From Owenia fusiformis (taxonomy: Eukaryota), in the NCBI GenBank assembly GCA_903813345.2, contig CAIIXF020000001.1, positions 47,430,001 to 47,494,000 of the forward strand: 64,000 nt of DNA. Reading direction: 5' to 3'. Both the position numbers and the translations under genes were made by a program. The notes under the pieces are model-generated. The model saw nothing but the letters and a program-made list of their open reading frames with translations. It did no database searches and had not been told where the DNA came from. This document shows positions 14,301 to 27,233 of this stretch, piece by piece (position 1 is the first letter of the stretch; every line of letters begins with the position of its first letter).

Positions 14301-17300
14301 CTTCCATCTTTTCAAGTTGAAGTTCAATCGATATTATATTGTATCGGATGCCATTATATTAGTGACACCAACTAGTTGTAAACCTGTATAGTTTTTTCAA
14401 ATAACTATAGAGCTTACGTACACGTAGCTCGGTGCGCTGACTGATGTGAAACGAAACTGACAGTTTATTATTAAACCAATGTCAGGATAGTGAATATATT
14501 TAATTCATTAATATAGGTTATTTACTGGGAGGGATTGAATATGGGTTTTATTCCGAGGGACAATATGATATTGACCGAAGGGTAATATGATATTGACCGA
14601 GGGAGCACATCCCTCTAAAATGTTACATCTGGATAATGCAAACATTATGCACATTGTTTGCGCTCACTCGGTCAATATCATATTGTCCAATGTCAACATA
14701 ATATTTTCCGAGAAATAAAACCCATATTCATTTTATCAATTAGTCAATGTTAAAAATAACCGGGAAACCAAAAATAGGTTAATACGCTCCAATACGATTT
14801 TTCCCGGGGACAATACGATTTTTTCATGTAATACGCTCCAATACGATTTTTTCCAGGGACAATACAATTTTTGATGTAATACGATTCAATTATACGATTT
14901 TATTCCTTCATATTTCCCTGGGAAAACAGTAGTATTATGGAATAACTTTATTTATTTCATATGTATCTACAATGTACAAGAAATGTGCCAATGGAAAATA
15001 AATTAAAAGTTTGAAATCTGATGGTATATAATAAAGTCGATTGAATTCATAATTGTGCTTCTCCATTAGGAGGCAGTGTACTCTGTATAAGAAGGTAAAG
15101 TCAGCCATGACAAGGGTGCATCAATAACTAATGTTAGTGCTTATCTTTGGGATATGACAGAATGGCAATTAGGGCAATGACTTTGATCCAACAAGTCTAT
15201 GGAAATATTGCATGATTATAAACAGAGAACAGATATAGCGAATCACTCGTTGAAAAATTTTATTGCATTCAATTTATCAGGGCTAATTTTTTAATAATAT
15301 CAATTTTATATAGTAACACTTTTTGATACTTATTTTTCGAATAAAATCGTGCTTTGAAATTCAAGGCGAGCTTAAAATCCCATTTACCAAGAAAGGATAT
15401 ATGCGAGACTTGTTTGGTTTAGTTTATCTTATTTGAAAGATGATCTACATTTAATGTTTGATTATTAGAATATCAATATTAGTATGTTGTAATATACCCT
15501 TAATTATGGTCAATAAGATAATCAAAATGTGTATATATTGATCTTACTTTGGTGCTATACAAACGTATGAGAAGAAACAGCAGACCAATACAACGCATGT
15601 ACCAAGGATGGCAACAGAACTGAACTTCTGACGGTTTCGATCAAACAGCTCTTCCATGTTCGTATCGTGGTAATGCATAGTTATGAAATTAATACGTTTG
15701 CCAATATCTCTGAAATAAGATTGGTAAGTAGTATTTAGTATATGTGTACACAAATGAATCAACACAAATAGACGCATTCAATATACTTTACGAGGGTTGT
15801 TCCGAAAGTAATGAACCATGTGTTTTTGAACACACGTTTTACACATCGTCAATTCAATGGTCATCTCTTGAATTGTAACAATATAATTTGAAATATAAAT
15901 TTTCTCTATATTGTTTTATAAAACACACCCGACACTTCTTTTGTTCTTGGTATCATATGTTCGGAATGAAATAGACATCTTTCCGAACCTCATGAATTGG
16001 AACAAAAGACATAAACACAACGTGTTTAGGTCTATTAATATTGTAATTGTACTAAGAAAATTTTGGTTGATTTAAAAAAAATATCTTGTTAATGAAATAA
16101 AAGGTTTATCTTAATTTTTGTCTATTTTTGTAGGTTTTGTTTTAATGATATGTCATGTCATTTTGTTCCAACAAGGTTCAGAAAGACATTTCATTCTCAA
16201 GAATTGGTAGAAAGGAACAAAAAACAATTTCACTAAAAAACAAAAAATGTTAACAAAAACAGTTATATAAAATATATGTAAATGATTTTCGCATTAAATT
16301 GTTGTCAATCAGTAAACATTACATAAAGGACTGTGTTTTTACAGAATGTTTTCAATAATTGGTTTAAGAGAAAAACATTATTGAATTCAGTTCACCATAT
16401 CGATACCTATCCTTTAACAGAGAAGTCTCCAATTTTATACACACATGCAACAGACAACTATTACTCGTACAAGGGGCAACGTTATTAGGGAACCAAAGGA
16501 ATTCAGCTTACACTACAAACAATTGTGAAAGAGATAACCAATCTCTGTGAAACAGAATATTATGATACCACAAACATGTCCATTTCAGTAGCTTAAATTC
16601 GCTTCTAAAAAGAGCCTAGACATTGTAGAAAAAATACAAAACACAGAAACGATGAGTTGGTTACTAGGCATGATAAAAAGATGTAAATATCCAGATTGTG
16701 TACAAATATAATTGCAAATCGATATCATTATGAACATAATCCGACATCGTTCCGAGCGCTTACAAAGTATAGGCATTTATCATCACTCACCTAAGTAATT
16801 GTTTAATAGTATTAAAAACGATCATTCTCATCAATATATATGGATGTCAATTATCATTAGCAAAAAGGTTTTTTACTGCCTGAGAATAACATGGTGTGGA
16901 TAATAAACCAATCTGATTTTCCAGGACCTCTAATGGATGGGGATATCTTTTTCATAAAACGTGTCACGGTATTCTTCATTCAGGGAAAGTGGGCAGCACT
17001 AAAAATGTTGATTTTTTATGAATAAAATGTGATTTGAATAGATATATGAGATACGATATGCTTTTATGAACCTAGTTATCTTAAAAGCAAAAGACTATGT
17101 ATTTATATACTTACTGGGTGGCTTCTTTCTCTACAATGGCTTCATATAGCAATTTGTTGAGATTTTCCTCCTTATTCTGCTCATTGTTATCGTCATCGTC
17201 CTGGTCAAATATCATCCCACCAACGTAAATTTCGTCTAATGTCCCCTCTGGATACTAAAATATAAACCATCAACATAGATTTTGTCTAATTTCACTTGTG

Positions 17301-20300
17301 TTTATAAACATAAACCATCAAAATATATAGGTTTTGTCTAATTTCCCCTTTGGTTAATAAAATATAAACCATCAACATAGATTTCGTCTAATGTCCCCTG
17401 GTTACTAAAATATATTTTTTCCAAATATCTTTTGCACTGATGTCGCATTGTGATGGTCAAGTTTGTTAAATATAATTCCTTTTATATTTGAATAACATGT
17501 ACAATTTTTATAATATTTAACAAATCATTGTAAATACCATTATGTGGCACCTAATACTACCTCTTGGGGGTCATAGCCACTAAAACCTGTAAATATGTTA
17601 CATTGATTTTAATAATAAAAAAAAATTGTTTTAGCTAAAACACAACCGGATTTCTCTCGTAAAATGTGCCCGCGCCCGGTGACCAGAAACACAACTATTT
17701 TTACGTAACCAAAAATGGATGGGTGAATCAGACAAGACGAATGAGTATATAGAAACATTTTATTATTGCGTACAGTTCACATACAATAGATAACCGTATA
17801 TGAACACTTAAGCTAATATGTATTACCTTGCTTCTAGTTGTAAAGCGCCATTCTTGTTTAAATTGCAATAGGAATGGCCTTTGTGCATTTCTGCTTTTAT
17901 TGTGCGTATTGTACTTACTGGTTTAATAACTGATTTAATGAGATATGTCTTCATTCCTGCCATTCGTATAGCTTCCTCTCTCTGGTCGCCATCACCTGGC
18001 TCTAATTCGAACTCCCCATGCATAAACTTAGTCGTGGAATGTGATATATGGACTCGTCTGTAAAATATGCATTTCACAAATAATGGGATCGAATATAAAA
18101 CTGCAATATAGTATACCAATTTGGAGAATTGAATGCATAAATGGAACATGTCCCTAATAAATACCGTCATGTTGTATTGCTTGATATATATGGGAATATT
18201 GTCGCTCCCAGTTCATAGCTTTTTTATTTATAATTGAAGCCATCAATGAAAGAAGGAAATGAACGTTTTTATGTTATTGGTGATAAAACTTACCCGGCAA
18301 GTCCTCCACTCTCCATCTTATTGGCCAGCGAGACATCTTTGCCCAGGACGTCAAACTGCCATTGTTTCTGTCCTACCACACCACCCAAGACTGCACCAGT
18401 GTGAATGCCTACACGCATATTCACATCAGTCTTTGTCTGTGCTCTAACATCGCTAAAAATAATGAAGTCAGTCATTGATATACACTTTAACAACAAATGG
18501 AATTTTCATTGAAATTGTGAAAAAGAAGTCATTGACTTAATTATCAATATCCGAATAGCTTTCAGAAAACAATGATCTACTTTGGGAAACTTTTTTGAAC
18601 CATATTAATATTATCAAAAATGAGGCCGTAGTATATTTGAACCAGCCTTGGGCCCAAGCGCATGAAGGATATGACAAGACTCTAACCTGATGGCATCAAC
18701 CATGGCGAGCCCCATGTGTACACTGAGTACGGCATGATCAGACCGAGGCTCTGGCGCTCCGCTGATGCAATAGTAACAATCTCCCAAGATCTTAATTCGA
18801 AGTTGATGATATTTCTACAAAATAAGTCAATGGTGTTGGTAATCATAAATTGATCGCTGTCTCTTGTTATTCATATTATGGGTAGCATGTGTTGTTGAAC
18901 TGCTTGTTTTGTTCATCATCCATTAATGCGTTTCAGATTATTTATAGTTTTGCTTGTTTATCTATCTATGGATTGCGATACGCCTCTAGCGAGAACAATT
19001 TCCCTCGGAGACGATAATAATAGGGATCCAAATAAGTGCTAATCATAATTGTGAAATCATTCCGATTTAAAGGAATTAGAAAGGACAGAGAATGCGCATG
19101 CGCAAAATGTAGGAAGCAAATCTTTTAGAAAGCATGCCAATATATCCTTATAATCCTAATTTTATCTTTAGAATGTGCATACGTTTTCAAATATAGACGT
19201 TGTTGAAGATATACATATAAGATGTAGACATGTCTAAAGTCCTATAGTAGAGTATAACTGAAAAAGAGGATATCTCCGTTTCAAACCTTAATCAAAATCA
19301 AAACTGTTGGGACTTTGTAGAGACACGGCGAAACATAATTGTAAAATGTTTTCGATGATTTGTAAAATATTTTCGAGTCTTACTCTCAACTCTCTTCAGC
19401 CTTTCAACTTCCTTTACTTCAGTTGTCACCGTGATTACCCTTATTGACAAAGCCAATGATAAGAGGACACCATCAAGAGTATAGAATATTCATATAGCCT
19501 ACGTTATATAATAGAGCGAAGAGTGGTGTTATTATACTTTATTTAGAATTACAGAATTGGCAGAATTCCTACCTCTGCGAGTTTGTCGAATCTTGCAAAT
19601 AATTCGTTCAGGATCTTTACCAATTCTCCAGCTGTACATTTTGACGATATTGCAGTAAACCCCACAATATCAGCGTAGAGTATACTGGAATATAAAAGAT
19701 ACATCTTTTTAATCATTTTTATAATTTGATGCGTGTCCTTGAACTCAGAATCGAAAGAACAACAAGGACTGCAGTAATTTTATATTGATTGTAAAGACAG
19801 TTGTAATCGTATGCAAGAGAAGAATCTTCAATTACAGCAACTAATTAGCTCACATAGGATTGATTGAATCAACAACATGTCGTGTAGTGCAATTTATTGT
19901 CATGCAAGTATATAAAAAGCCCCACGTAAAGTTTGAAATTATATTTGTTTCATTTGCATTGTGTTTTTCATCACTAAAACTGTGATACTAAAACCTTAGT
20001 GAACACCTCTCTCTGGTGAACACCTGTGTTTAGTGAACACAACTTCAAGACACATTCTACATTGACCCCTGTATAAAATCCCCTCTCTGTAGTGAACGCC
20101 TACTTATTTCAACAACAAAATGTTTCTATATCTCTGTTATAGCATTTTTAAAATTGTATGATGTCATGAGGTAACACCTTGATTTCACTAAAGGTGAATA
20201 AAAACTATGCTTGAATATTTTTATCATGAATTCCAACACTCTACTGAAAAACGGTTTCACCACATTTTGATTATCATATCACTGGGTTCATAGTAATATA

Positions 20301-23300
20301 AATTCAATTCGAATTCGATCCAGTATGTTAGCTTGCAGTTAAATTCCTTGCTTAATTTGCAACCGATTATCAATATTTTTGCAAAGAGGTTCGAACTTTA
20401 TACGGGATCTTTAAATTCACATTGTGAACATCGCCTTCCCTCGATCTTACTAACCTGACATTTTCGTGTCTACTCATGTATATTTTTCTGAACTGACCAT
20501 CTGCGACGAGAACGTCTCCCATATCTTGCACCATCTCATCAGCCACGTGTTTCGGGAGCACGGACAGAAGCAAACGTTCCTAGACATAGAAACATATGAA
20601 ATTGTTTTTTTACATCTTACATGTACTTTCAGGGTAAAGTTGAACACCGGTAAATTGTTGATTCGAAAAAAGCTTATACCCCAAAAAAGAATTTTCCTTA
20701 GTAGCATCCTTAATCTTGTTACATTTCACATCAAGGATATTTATAATTTAATTTCAAGATGTCCATATATGATATCAATATATTGATAGAATGTATCACA
20801 ATGTCAAAATTAAATTTAGTTGCAAATAACACACGTATATCTACACATCATAAATTAATGGGGTGTTAAAATGGGAATTATTATAGAAATTGCAATGACT
20901 CAAGCCAGCAGGCTGTCTATGATAGCAAACAGTTCATACTGACTACCTCAATCTGACTTTACTATCATATTCACCAACAATATGTCTTAGATCAATTTAT
21001 CAAAATGAGCAATTTATGTGCTGGCCTCTGATTAATATGAAACTCTAATCGATCTTTCTGACGGAAATATTGAACTAATGTCCCAGAACTATATATGACT
21101 TCGAGAACCTGTGTTAATATACACTGGTGTTCCACTCGATTACGCTGGTTGCCGAAACGGTTCGTTTCGGTAACAAAATGTCGGAACGTCGAAGGTAAGA
21201 TTTTTCTTTTTTCCTTATTTTTTTTTCACAAACGTATATCAGTATCTTATGTTTAAAAAATGTACATATTTACGAACATATAGTTCAGAAGACAACATAA
21301 TCGCCGATTTAATTCCATACTTAAGTTACGGAAACGGTATTTCGAAAAACAGTTAAGATCTTTTTAACGTTTAACCTATTAACGTTTCTGTAACCAGCGT
21401 AATCGAGTGGATCACCAGTGATATAAGAAGAAATGCCAGAGTAAGACGCATAAAGATTCCTACGTTGCATTTGTACATGGCTTTCATTTCTAGGTCAAAC
21501 CTAAGGGGAAATGCAAATATATTAATATACGTAGATTGTAGGGGGGTCAGTATTATTTATTATTACCACCTTGCCGGGCCAGTTCTAGGGGTTTTAGTGC
21601 TAGTTTAGAAGGCTTTCATTTTACTATATCGACCTGAGCAATATGTGACGTCATAGTGGCAATTTTCCCCGGGAAATTAGATATCGTTCAGTGCGTAAGA
21701 TTTTCTTGCTGTTTCAGCCCTGGTCATTAACGGTGGTAATAAAACTAATAACGTCATTTCTGCGGGCCTTCGGCCCTCGGTCCAATATTTCACTATATTG
21801 CCCGCAGAAATGACGTTATTGTACTATTCTCGCTCTTTTGGCCTCGTCTTATTACCTGTTCCTTTGAGCCTTCCTCTATGATGATTTTTACGTTCAACGA
21901 CGCCTTTGTTTCCAGAAATGCTTTTCTCTGATTGATATCGTTGAAGAAATATGAAATGATTCCAAGTATGTTGGCACAGAGGAATAAGAATATGTTTGCA
22001 CCGACCTGAAAGTGAAAAGCACATATGTGGTAATCTATTTTATTGTCCGAGGTCTCCCTCATGATGCACCATGCCCGGGCACCAGGTCATATGCCGGTCA
22101 AGTCAGGATGGATATATATGTCCTCATTTCCCCGATCTGAAGCCCGAGATGCTGTTTGTTAAAATAACCTGATTAAAAACCTAATAATGGTTAACAATAA
22201 CATTATTTAAGATATTACTGAAGATGTTAGAATGTAATCTTTAAATGATAACAACCACACTTTTGTCAATTATATGATCCCATCAGATGATCTCTGACAA
22301 GGAAATTGATATCTTATTGGATCAAAGCATCTTGCGTTGCAAAGCAAAAATATGTGATTAATATCAGAAGGAGAGTTTCGCATATTACATCATTCTCACT
22401 GATTATAAACTAGCGGCCCTTATTCACTTGTTAACTATAAGTATTATTCACTTGATCAACATCACGCGGTCCTAACTTCGACCGTTAATTTGAATTTTTG
22501 ACCTACTAGATGTTTGAAAATCAAGGATTACGAGTCTCATACTGCACCGTTTTTCTTCAAACTTGTTCCATTCAAAGCATAACACAAATCCCTTTCTGAT
22601 GGTGCATTATTCTCTTCAACAGAGTCCCTACTTCCAGCGGCATTTTGGTCCCCAGCTGTAAGAAGGCCTTCTAACAGCTGGGGACCAAAACGCTGCTAGA
22701 AGGAGGGACTCTTTACAGTAAAGTAATGCACCGACAGAAGGGCAATTTTGTTCTGCTTTTAATGGTATAAGTTTGAAAAAAAGGTGCAGTATGAAACTCG
22801 CAATCCTTGATTTTCAAGCACCTGGTAGGTCAAAAATTCAAATTAACGGTCGAAGTTAGGACCGCGTGAACATGGTATTTTGTACTTTACCCTACATATT
22901 ATTATAGTATTATTATATTACTTTTATTATAATTGTTGTAATAAATTATATATAAATGCAATTTTGAAGAGAGATCGTGATGAGTTATTAGCGTAGTATA
23001 GGCCTACACATTTATTCAAATAATGAGAGTTATTATTCGATCTAGCCAAACATTTTCATCTTTGATATAGCCTAGTTACTGTTGTATAATTATGCAATTG
23101 GACTATTTTTTATTTTAGTTCAATGATGTTTTGTCTTCTTGTAATAACATTTTCAAAGTGTCATTAGAGTCTTTGTAATTGCTCTCTGAAGAGGTTATAT
23201 ATTTTTCATATCATAATGTCTATCACTTTTTGTCATATCTACACCCATTCCATAACTTTGCCAACCAGAAATCTAATATTATTATGGATAACGTTTTAAA

Positions 23301-26300
23301 AGGAACTAACTACAAACTTGTTGATAGGAGTGTATGCCATTTTTACAAGCAGAAGTATTTGATCGTATATCATCTTTTCATATCAAAGTGCTTTTGGCAA
23401 ACTGACACTTTAACACAGTTGAAGATCAAATCCGATAAAGCGAGAATTTTTCGACAATTACGTTTGAGTTTTTGGGTCAACGCCTCCCTTTGTCAATTAT
23501 CAGTGACAAGATTTTGTCCGGTTGAGTTACTAAAAACAAAACAAAAATCGAAATAATTTTCAGTAGAAAATTAAAATAAATATTTTCAAATGTTGAAAAT
23601 ATTTGTATTAGAAATAATCTGGCTGATCAACAGCAAGACAAATCTGATCAGCTGGAGCAGTCTGACTTTTGATGAAAAGAAGAACGCGTTATCCAGTTCA
23701 TGATAACACGCATAGTTGCCTAGTAACGTAACGTACATTGGAATCTATTTTTGATGTATGACATCAAAAAACCTGGGTTAAACCTGTCAAACGAGAAAAA
23801 ATTCATATTTATGTTAGCCTCGGGGTCCAGGAACCTAAACTTTAACTGTCTTTGCTTAAGCCTAAAAGAATAGGATTATTTAAGATAATACCTTTATCTC
23901 AATATCTCCTCATTTACAATATCTATTACCCACGTGTTTTTATATATTGATCTAAACCGATACATACGTGTGATATCATGGAGGTAAGAAGCAGAGAATG
24001 CGGCGATGAAGTCGTTAAAGGGTTGACATCTCGAGAGAATACAAGATTGATCACATCATTAAGAGAAAAGAATAGCATTATAAACCGATTCTAAAATTGT
24101 AATTCATGTTTGATATCTTTATTTGGGCGTATCATCTAACGGGTAGAGAGTCGTACAGAAAAATCGCATTGTCGTCACTTTAGCGTGATCGATTCGATTG
24201 ACTATATGCTATTTAATCATCATGTTTGTTATCAAACTTCTATTCAAACGAATACTATCCCATTCTAAACAAATGAATACTCGAATAATATTTCAATTGA
24301 AAAATAACCTATTGTTCCTTTTATTTATTAGTACTAGAGTAATAACGGGTTGACACAATTCAATGGATGCTCAGGTAAAATGTTGTGATGGCAAGCACCC
24401 TATCAACTTATTATAACACAATTGATTTGTGATTTGTAGATTTGTGAAAGTGAAAAATCCCATTTTATTTTTCAAAAAAGAATTGAGACTTCGGATCTAA
24501 TATATAGTTATTAAGAACCTAAAAACAGAAACGTCTAAATGTCACTACCCTGCCATTTTTACAGACTCCGAACACAAACCTCCAACACCAACCGTCGAAC
24601 GTCAATCGTCGCAGAGCGCCCATAAAATGTTTGAGACTATAGCAATCATGGGCACGTATCTCTCATCGATTTTTAAAAGAAAACCTCAAAAATTCAGAGA
24701 TAAGTCTAAAATTAACTTTTGAAAAACACTGAAAGATGAGAGTAAAGTACAGCGTAAAACCGATTTCATCTCTATCCTTTCTTCTCCCTGGACTAATGGA
24801 ATCCTTTAAGGCATATATAAATTGTGCAAAAGTAACATTATCTTTTTGTAAATGTACGAGAAACTGATGAGATTTTGAGTAATCCTCTGCAAATTGTTGT
24901 CACCAGTGGAAAAAGAAAAAGGACTAGCTGGTCAATTGGTATCTTGATTCGCAAGGTGTTGAACCATCAAAATGTATTAATTGTTTCAATTGGAATTTAG
25001 ATCAATCTATTTCAGAAAACTTAAAAATCCTAAAATACTGTGGTACAGGAAAATAAATTTATAAATATGTCACACGAAGTAAGGTTCATGTACAAATAGC
25101 AGAATTGTACACCTTTAATTACATATTTCTAGTTGTTTTTATTGTTAAAATATAAAACATTTTGTAAAATATGACATTTGGCAGAGTAATTATCACATTA
25201 ATTATCACAATTAAAATATAATTATGAATCTAGATAGACTTCGCTGGACCAATAGCTCACAATTCTACACACCAGGAAACCTTAAAACGGAAAGTTCCTT
25301 TAAGTCTGATGTCCACGATTTAATCCGTTGTGGAAATAAATGTCATACAACTCCAAATGAAACCGGAACCTCTCGCAAAGTTGGTCTCATAGAAAGCTAC
25401 GCACAGAAGGTCGAAATATTTCATCAAATAGAAGAGCATGCAGGTTTTTAATGATTGAACATACAGATCTCTTATCAATTTATCAAAATGAGACTTCAAC
25501 GAGATTTCAAAGCTATATGGTAAAGTCTCTATTCGAAGTAGGTTTCTCTAAATCTTCCAATATTGTAGACCATGTCAATATCAAGCTATTAAATAAGTTC
25601 ATTGATAATATCAAAACGATCAACTTCAAATTTCCAAGGTCAAATCGACCTACTATTTCTAATATTGTCAACAGCATGAATGTTTCTGTCTCAGTGACCT
25701 GTTTCAATATTATAATAAATGTATACATTAAACACCAGCTGTTAGCTTTGTTGCCAGAATGACTGCGTAAATAAACGGCGGTAATTATCATTTAATAAAA
25801 CTAACATTTATCGATTTCCGATCCTGTGTTGCATATTTTCTATTAATCCATTTTATATCTTATCCAATATCCATGTTTTTAATACTATATTTTTTATTGC
25901 TTTTTTATATTGTTTTTAATACTAGTGTTTAAACTATTCTATATAATAGGACTGCGCCTAATATGGGCATAATAGACTAGTCCTAGACTCTGTTTAAACT
26001 CAATTTGTTGCATCTACTTTGACTTGTACAAACATAACTTAATTGTTCTGATACCCATCTCCTTTTAAGTACATATTGTAGAGGTCAGGTGTATTTGCAT
26101 TGACAGATGTATATTTTTACGTTGCGTTCTTTAGAATAGATTAAGAGTTAGACACAAACTGACGCAAACTGATATATTTCGTTAGAGTCTAATTTTTTAA
26201 GCTTTTAAAGTTTTAAAGCTAAAATAAATATTGATTTTGGACCATTTTTATAGCGCCATTCTGTGAATATGCTCAATTAATTAGCTTCAAAAAAGTGTAA

Positions 26301-27233
26301 CAACAGTCGTTCCCTAGAAAATAAAAATGATATTTTTCTGGAAAATGGTCCACAACATGTAAAACATGGAAAATGTATTTCTTAGTAATGAACATGGTAT
26401 TTATATTCCTTGTTAAGCATCACTTTAAACTCTATATTAATGAAATGTTTATCGTGTTTTCTGTTTACATATATCATTTATCATCTAAATAATAATTAAT
26501 GTTTGCAAATCCTTACCGCGTTCCCAATTTGGTAGACGTTGGGGTAGTTCAGAATGCATATGACGATAACAACAATAGTATGGACGAGGCACGACAGGGA
26601 ACTGAGCAGCATGCACCATCTGAGGGGAAGGGGCAGCATAACGTAGCTCAAGTAGGCGAGAAAGCACTGCCAGCCAACGGCTAAGGAGGGGACTATAGGT
26701 TCTGATTCCAGACCAATGACCACGTAGATCTCCGTTGCGAATAAGATCCATGGTATGAATGGAGTGTACATGAAAAGTTTATCTGATATCAGGCGGAACT
26801 TTAGAAGTATGAACATGACGATATTGATGACTACACATACTGAGAGTATAGCTATCGGGGGAATCTTCTTTTCGGTGAATGCTATACAATATAAAATAAT
26901 AGAAGTAACGCAAAAGAATAGAGACAGTATGATTAAAACTAACACGGCACTGTTTTTCTGCCGACAATAATAGGCTCTATATAAACTTTCGAGTTGTTGG
27001 TCAGCGAAACGATGCCTCAGAGATGAGGGTAATAACCTCTGAAGTCCTGACTGATCGATTTCGACCTGGACCGTACTCTGACTGTTCTCACTTTTTCTTC
27101 TTCCCTTTTCCAAAGTTCCATTGTCTTCGCCTTCCAGGCCTTTCACTTTGATAAGTGAGGCCTGTGACTGGGATTTGGATCTGATACTTCGGCGGCTTTT
27201 GTTCATTTCCAGCATGGTCTTTCCACCACCCAT
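2381..27233 (-). CDS. ADCY3: Transmembrane adenylyl cyclase, type 3-like (~1067 aa, 18 coding exons)
   Basis: Exons in transcription order: 27233-26517, 22005-21856, 20579-20455, 19684-19573, 18814-18687, 18452-18294, 18057-17919, 17254-17115, 15709-15548, 14196-13992, 13102-12846, 11264-11180, 10905-10747, 10558-10412, 9760-9659, 3259-3139, 2817-2693, 2551-2381. All introns are GT-AG, phases are compatible, total 3204 nt. Two hydrophobic multi-TM blocks. C1a motifs [36 protein letters not shown]2a motifs [95 protein letters not shown] and RWQHLADL match AC3 specifically. An acceptor AG at 27284-27285 implies an upstream non-coding exon. Confidence 0.95.
3688..4390. mobile_element. Non-autonomous DNA element with TAGG...CCTA ends (hAT-like), copy 1
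   Basis: 3710-3842 is the close reverse complement of 8161-8292. The end aatatagggggagcccta resembles the reverse complement of 7780-7796. Confidence 0.6.
4579..5127. mobile_element. Tc1/mariner-type MITE (left TIR truncated)
   Basis: tgagccaaaaaggtaacccaa ... ttgggatacgtttttggctcgccctg|TA; same family as 61348-61738. Confidence 0.6.
6044..6379. mobile_element. EnSpm/CACTA-like MITE
   Basis: TIR (g/c)actcttaaaaat ... atttttaagagtg, with many internal ttactt(a/g)a subterminal repeats. Confidence 0.6.
6407..6880. mobile_element. Fold-back MITE, CACTGG-terminal family
   Basis: cactggttttccacttgattacg ... cgtaattgatcggatcaccagtg; internally palindromic and homologous to 21122-21420. The TSD is degenerate (cattt / cttt). 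Confidence 0.8.
7780..8325. mobile_element. Same hAT-like family, copy 2, inverted
   Basis: See copy 1; ends ccatttgcttggcccta. Confidence 0.6.
8408..8561. mobile_element. Short MITE with CAGGCCCGTA ends and poly-C tracts
   Basis: caggcccgta ... tacgggcctg, flanked on both sides by ttaag. Confidence 0.65.
9230..9368. mobile_element. PIF/Harbinger-like MITE
   Basis: TTA|tacctgggtcacattt ... aaatgtgaccaaggca|TTA, a 3-bp TTA duplication; inner inverted repeat ccggccgattgag/ctcaatcggccgg. Confidence 0.65.
9838..10270. mobile_element. Bipartite IR-unit plus hairpin-unit element
   Basis: Perfect 17-bp IR ttttattccatagttag (9838-9854) / ctaactatggaataaaa (10104-10120), followed directly by a ~145-bp palindrome (10121-10264) with loop cgctacgctcg and a terminal ctatat. 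Confidence 0.75.
12362..12565. mobile_element. Palindromic MITE with ~67-bp near-perfect TIR
   Basis: caaaatatgaaatagtc...catggtggagcagc / gctgctccaccatg...gactatttcatattttg; a partial arm is repeated at 12565-12588. Confidence 0.8.
14511..14945. mobile_element. Bipartite hairpin/IR element (reverse orientation, degenerate)
   Basis: Starts atataggttatttactgggagg, similar to the reverse complement of 60205-60230. Palindrome tgaatatgggtttta ... taaaacccatattca; internal aatacgctccaatacgatttt repeats. Confidence 0.55.
15791..16410. mobile_element. Mariner-type MITE fragment related to 41689-42726
   Basis: TA|cgagggttgttccgaaag start; 16160-16410 closely matches 42405-42652. Confidence 0.6.
17221..17414. 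repeat. ~50-bp tandem repeat (4 copies) overlapping the ADCY3 exon-8 splice acceptor
   Basis: The unit caacatagatttcgtctaatgtcccct..ggttactaaaatataaaccat is repeated; the first copy contains 34 coding nt and the AG. Confidence 0.85.
21122..21420. mobile_element. MITE with CAC termini and 5-bp TSD (Transib-like)
   Basis: ATATA|cactggtgttccactcgattacgctggtt ... aaccagcgtaatcgagtggatcaccagtg|ATATA. Confidence 0.85.
21550..21828. mobile_element. Bipartite IR-unit plus hairpin-unit element
   Basis: ttattaccacc ... ggtggtaataa, then aataacgtcatttctgcgggc-cttcggccc...-gcccgcagaaatgacgttatt; a reverse-complement copy lies at 45630-45980. Confidence 0.8.
22463..22868. mobile_element. Fold-back MITE with CAC termini and 5-bp TSD (Transib-like)
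   Basis: AACAT|cacgcggtcctaacttcgaccgttaatttgaattttt ... aaaattcaaattaacggtcgaagttaggaccgcgtg|AACAT; palindromic over nearly all of its 406 bp. Confidence 0.9.

Noticed and set aside
25224..25791. Overlapping 75-103 aa ORFs in ADCY3 intron 1
   Set aside because: No recognisable motif; possibly a decayed TE fragment, but unsupported without a search.
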